From contig JAUCBJ010007822.1 in NCBI GenBank assembly GCA_032718475.1, positions 62,001 through 126,000 on the forward strand: a DNA stretch of 64,000 bases, given 5' to 3'. This document shows positions 62,716-64,000 of this stretch, piece after piece. The stretch's first letter is position 1; every line of letters starts with the position of its first letter. Below the pieces are notes generated by a model. The model was given only the letters and a program-made list of their open reading frames with translations. It was not told the DNA's origin and searched no databases. The translations under genes were made by a program, and so were the position numbers. This DNA is from Nemertoderma westbladi (taxonomy: Eukaryota > Animalia > Xenacoelomorpha).

Positions 62716-64000
62716 TCTGTGGGAAAATACTTTTATTACAATTTCGTTACTACCCGGTGTCTGTGAGAAAATACTTTTATTACAATTTCGTTACTACCCG
62801 GTGTCTGTGGGAAAATACTTATATTACAATTTCGTTACTACCCGGTGTCTGTGAGAAAATACTTTTATTACAATTTCGTTACTACCCGGTGTCTGTGAGG
62901 AAATACTTTTATTACAATTTCGTTACTACCCGGTGTCTGTGAGAAAATACTTTTATTACAATTTCGTTACTACCCGGTGTCTGTGGGAAAATACTTTTAT
63001 TACAATTTCGTTACTTCCCGGTGTCTGTGAGAAAATACTTTTATTACAATTTCGTTACTACCCGGTGTCTGTGAGAAAATACTTTTATTGCAATTTCGTT
63101 ACTACCCGGTGTCTGTGAGAAAATTAATACTTTTATTACAATTTCGTTACTACCCGGTGTCTGTGGGAAAATACTTTTATTACAATTTCGTTACTACCCG
63201 GTGTCTGTGAGAAAATACTTTTATTACAATTTCGTTACTACCCGGTGTCTGTGAGAAAATACTTTTATTACAATTTGTCACTACCCGGTGTCTGTGGGAA
63301 AATACTTTTATTACAATATCGTTACTACCCGGTGTCTGTGAGAAAATAGTTTTATTACAATTTCGTTACTACCCGGTGTCTGTGAGAAAATACTTTTATT
63401 ACAATTTCGTTACTACCCGGTGTCTTTGAGAAAATACTTTTATTACAATTTCGTTACTACCCAGTGTCTGTGGGAAAATACTTTTATTACAATTTCGTTA
63501 CTACCCGGTGTCTGTGAGAAAATACTTTTATTACAGTTTCGTTACTACCCGGTGTCTGTGAGAAAATACTTTTATTACAATTTCGTTACTACCCGGTGTC
63601 TGTGGGAAAATACTTTTATTACAATTTCGTTACTACCCGGTGTCTGTGAGAAAATACTTTTATTACAATTTCGTTACTACCTGGTGTCTGTGAAAAAATA
63701 CTTTTATTACAATTTCGTTACTACCCGGTGTCTGTGGGAAAATACTTTTATTACAATTTCGTTACTACCCGGTGTCTGTGAGAAAACACTTTTATTACAA
63801 TTTCGTTACTACCCGGTGTCTGTGAGAAAATACTTTTATTACAATTTCGTTACTACCCGGTGTCTGTGAGAAAATACTTTTATTACAATTTCGTTACTAC
63901 CCGGTGTCTGTGAGAAAATACTTTCATTACAATTTCGTTACTACCTGGTGTCTGTGGGAAAATACTTTTATTACAATTTCGTTACTACCCGGTGTTTGTG
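62716..64000. repeat. 44-bp tandem repeat (second satellite), continuing past the window end
   Basis: About 29 copies of TCTGTG(A/G)GAAAATACTTTTATTACAATTTCGTTACTACCCGGTG, unrelated to the 54-bp satellite. Confidence 0.98.

Noticed and set aside
62592-63869. Repetitive ORFs (KILLLQFRYYPVSVRKYFYYNF...)
   Set aside because: They are translations of the 44-bp repeat cycling through frames.

Overview
Animal-type eukaryotic DNA. Positions 1-52.5 kb are one highly homogeneous, G-rich-strand tandem satellite of about 900+ copies of a 54-bp monomer, with 59- and 60-bp variants; its left end lies outside the window. It ends abruptly against a ~0.9-kb inverted-repeat element carrying four RFX X-box-like motifs. 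A nest of mobile elements follows: a tRNA-derived SINE, a 3.2-kb foldback/Mutator-like element with a 9-bp TSD and arms made of a 9-bp minisatellite, a TTAA-flanked element and a hAT-like MITE end. Two convergent ORFs with no introns come next: a short CENP-C/Mif2-like kinetochore protein (divergent CENP-C motif plus C-terminal cupin) and CNOT11. Between them lie a 5'-inverted LINE fragment with a TSD and a 44-bp mini-MITE. A second, unrelated 44-bp satellite runs off the right end. The most notable observation is a CENP-C-like gene about 5 kb from a large, centromere-like satellite. All family assignments come from reading the sequence; no database searches were run.
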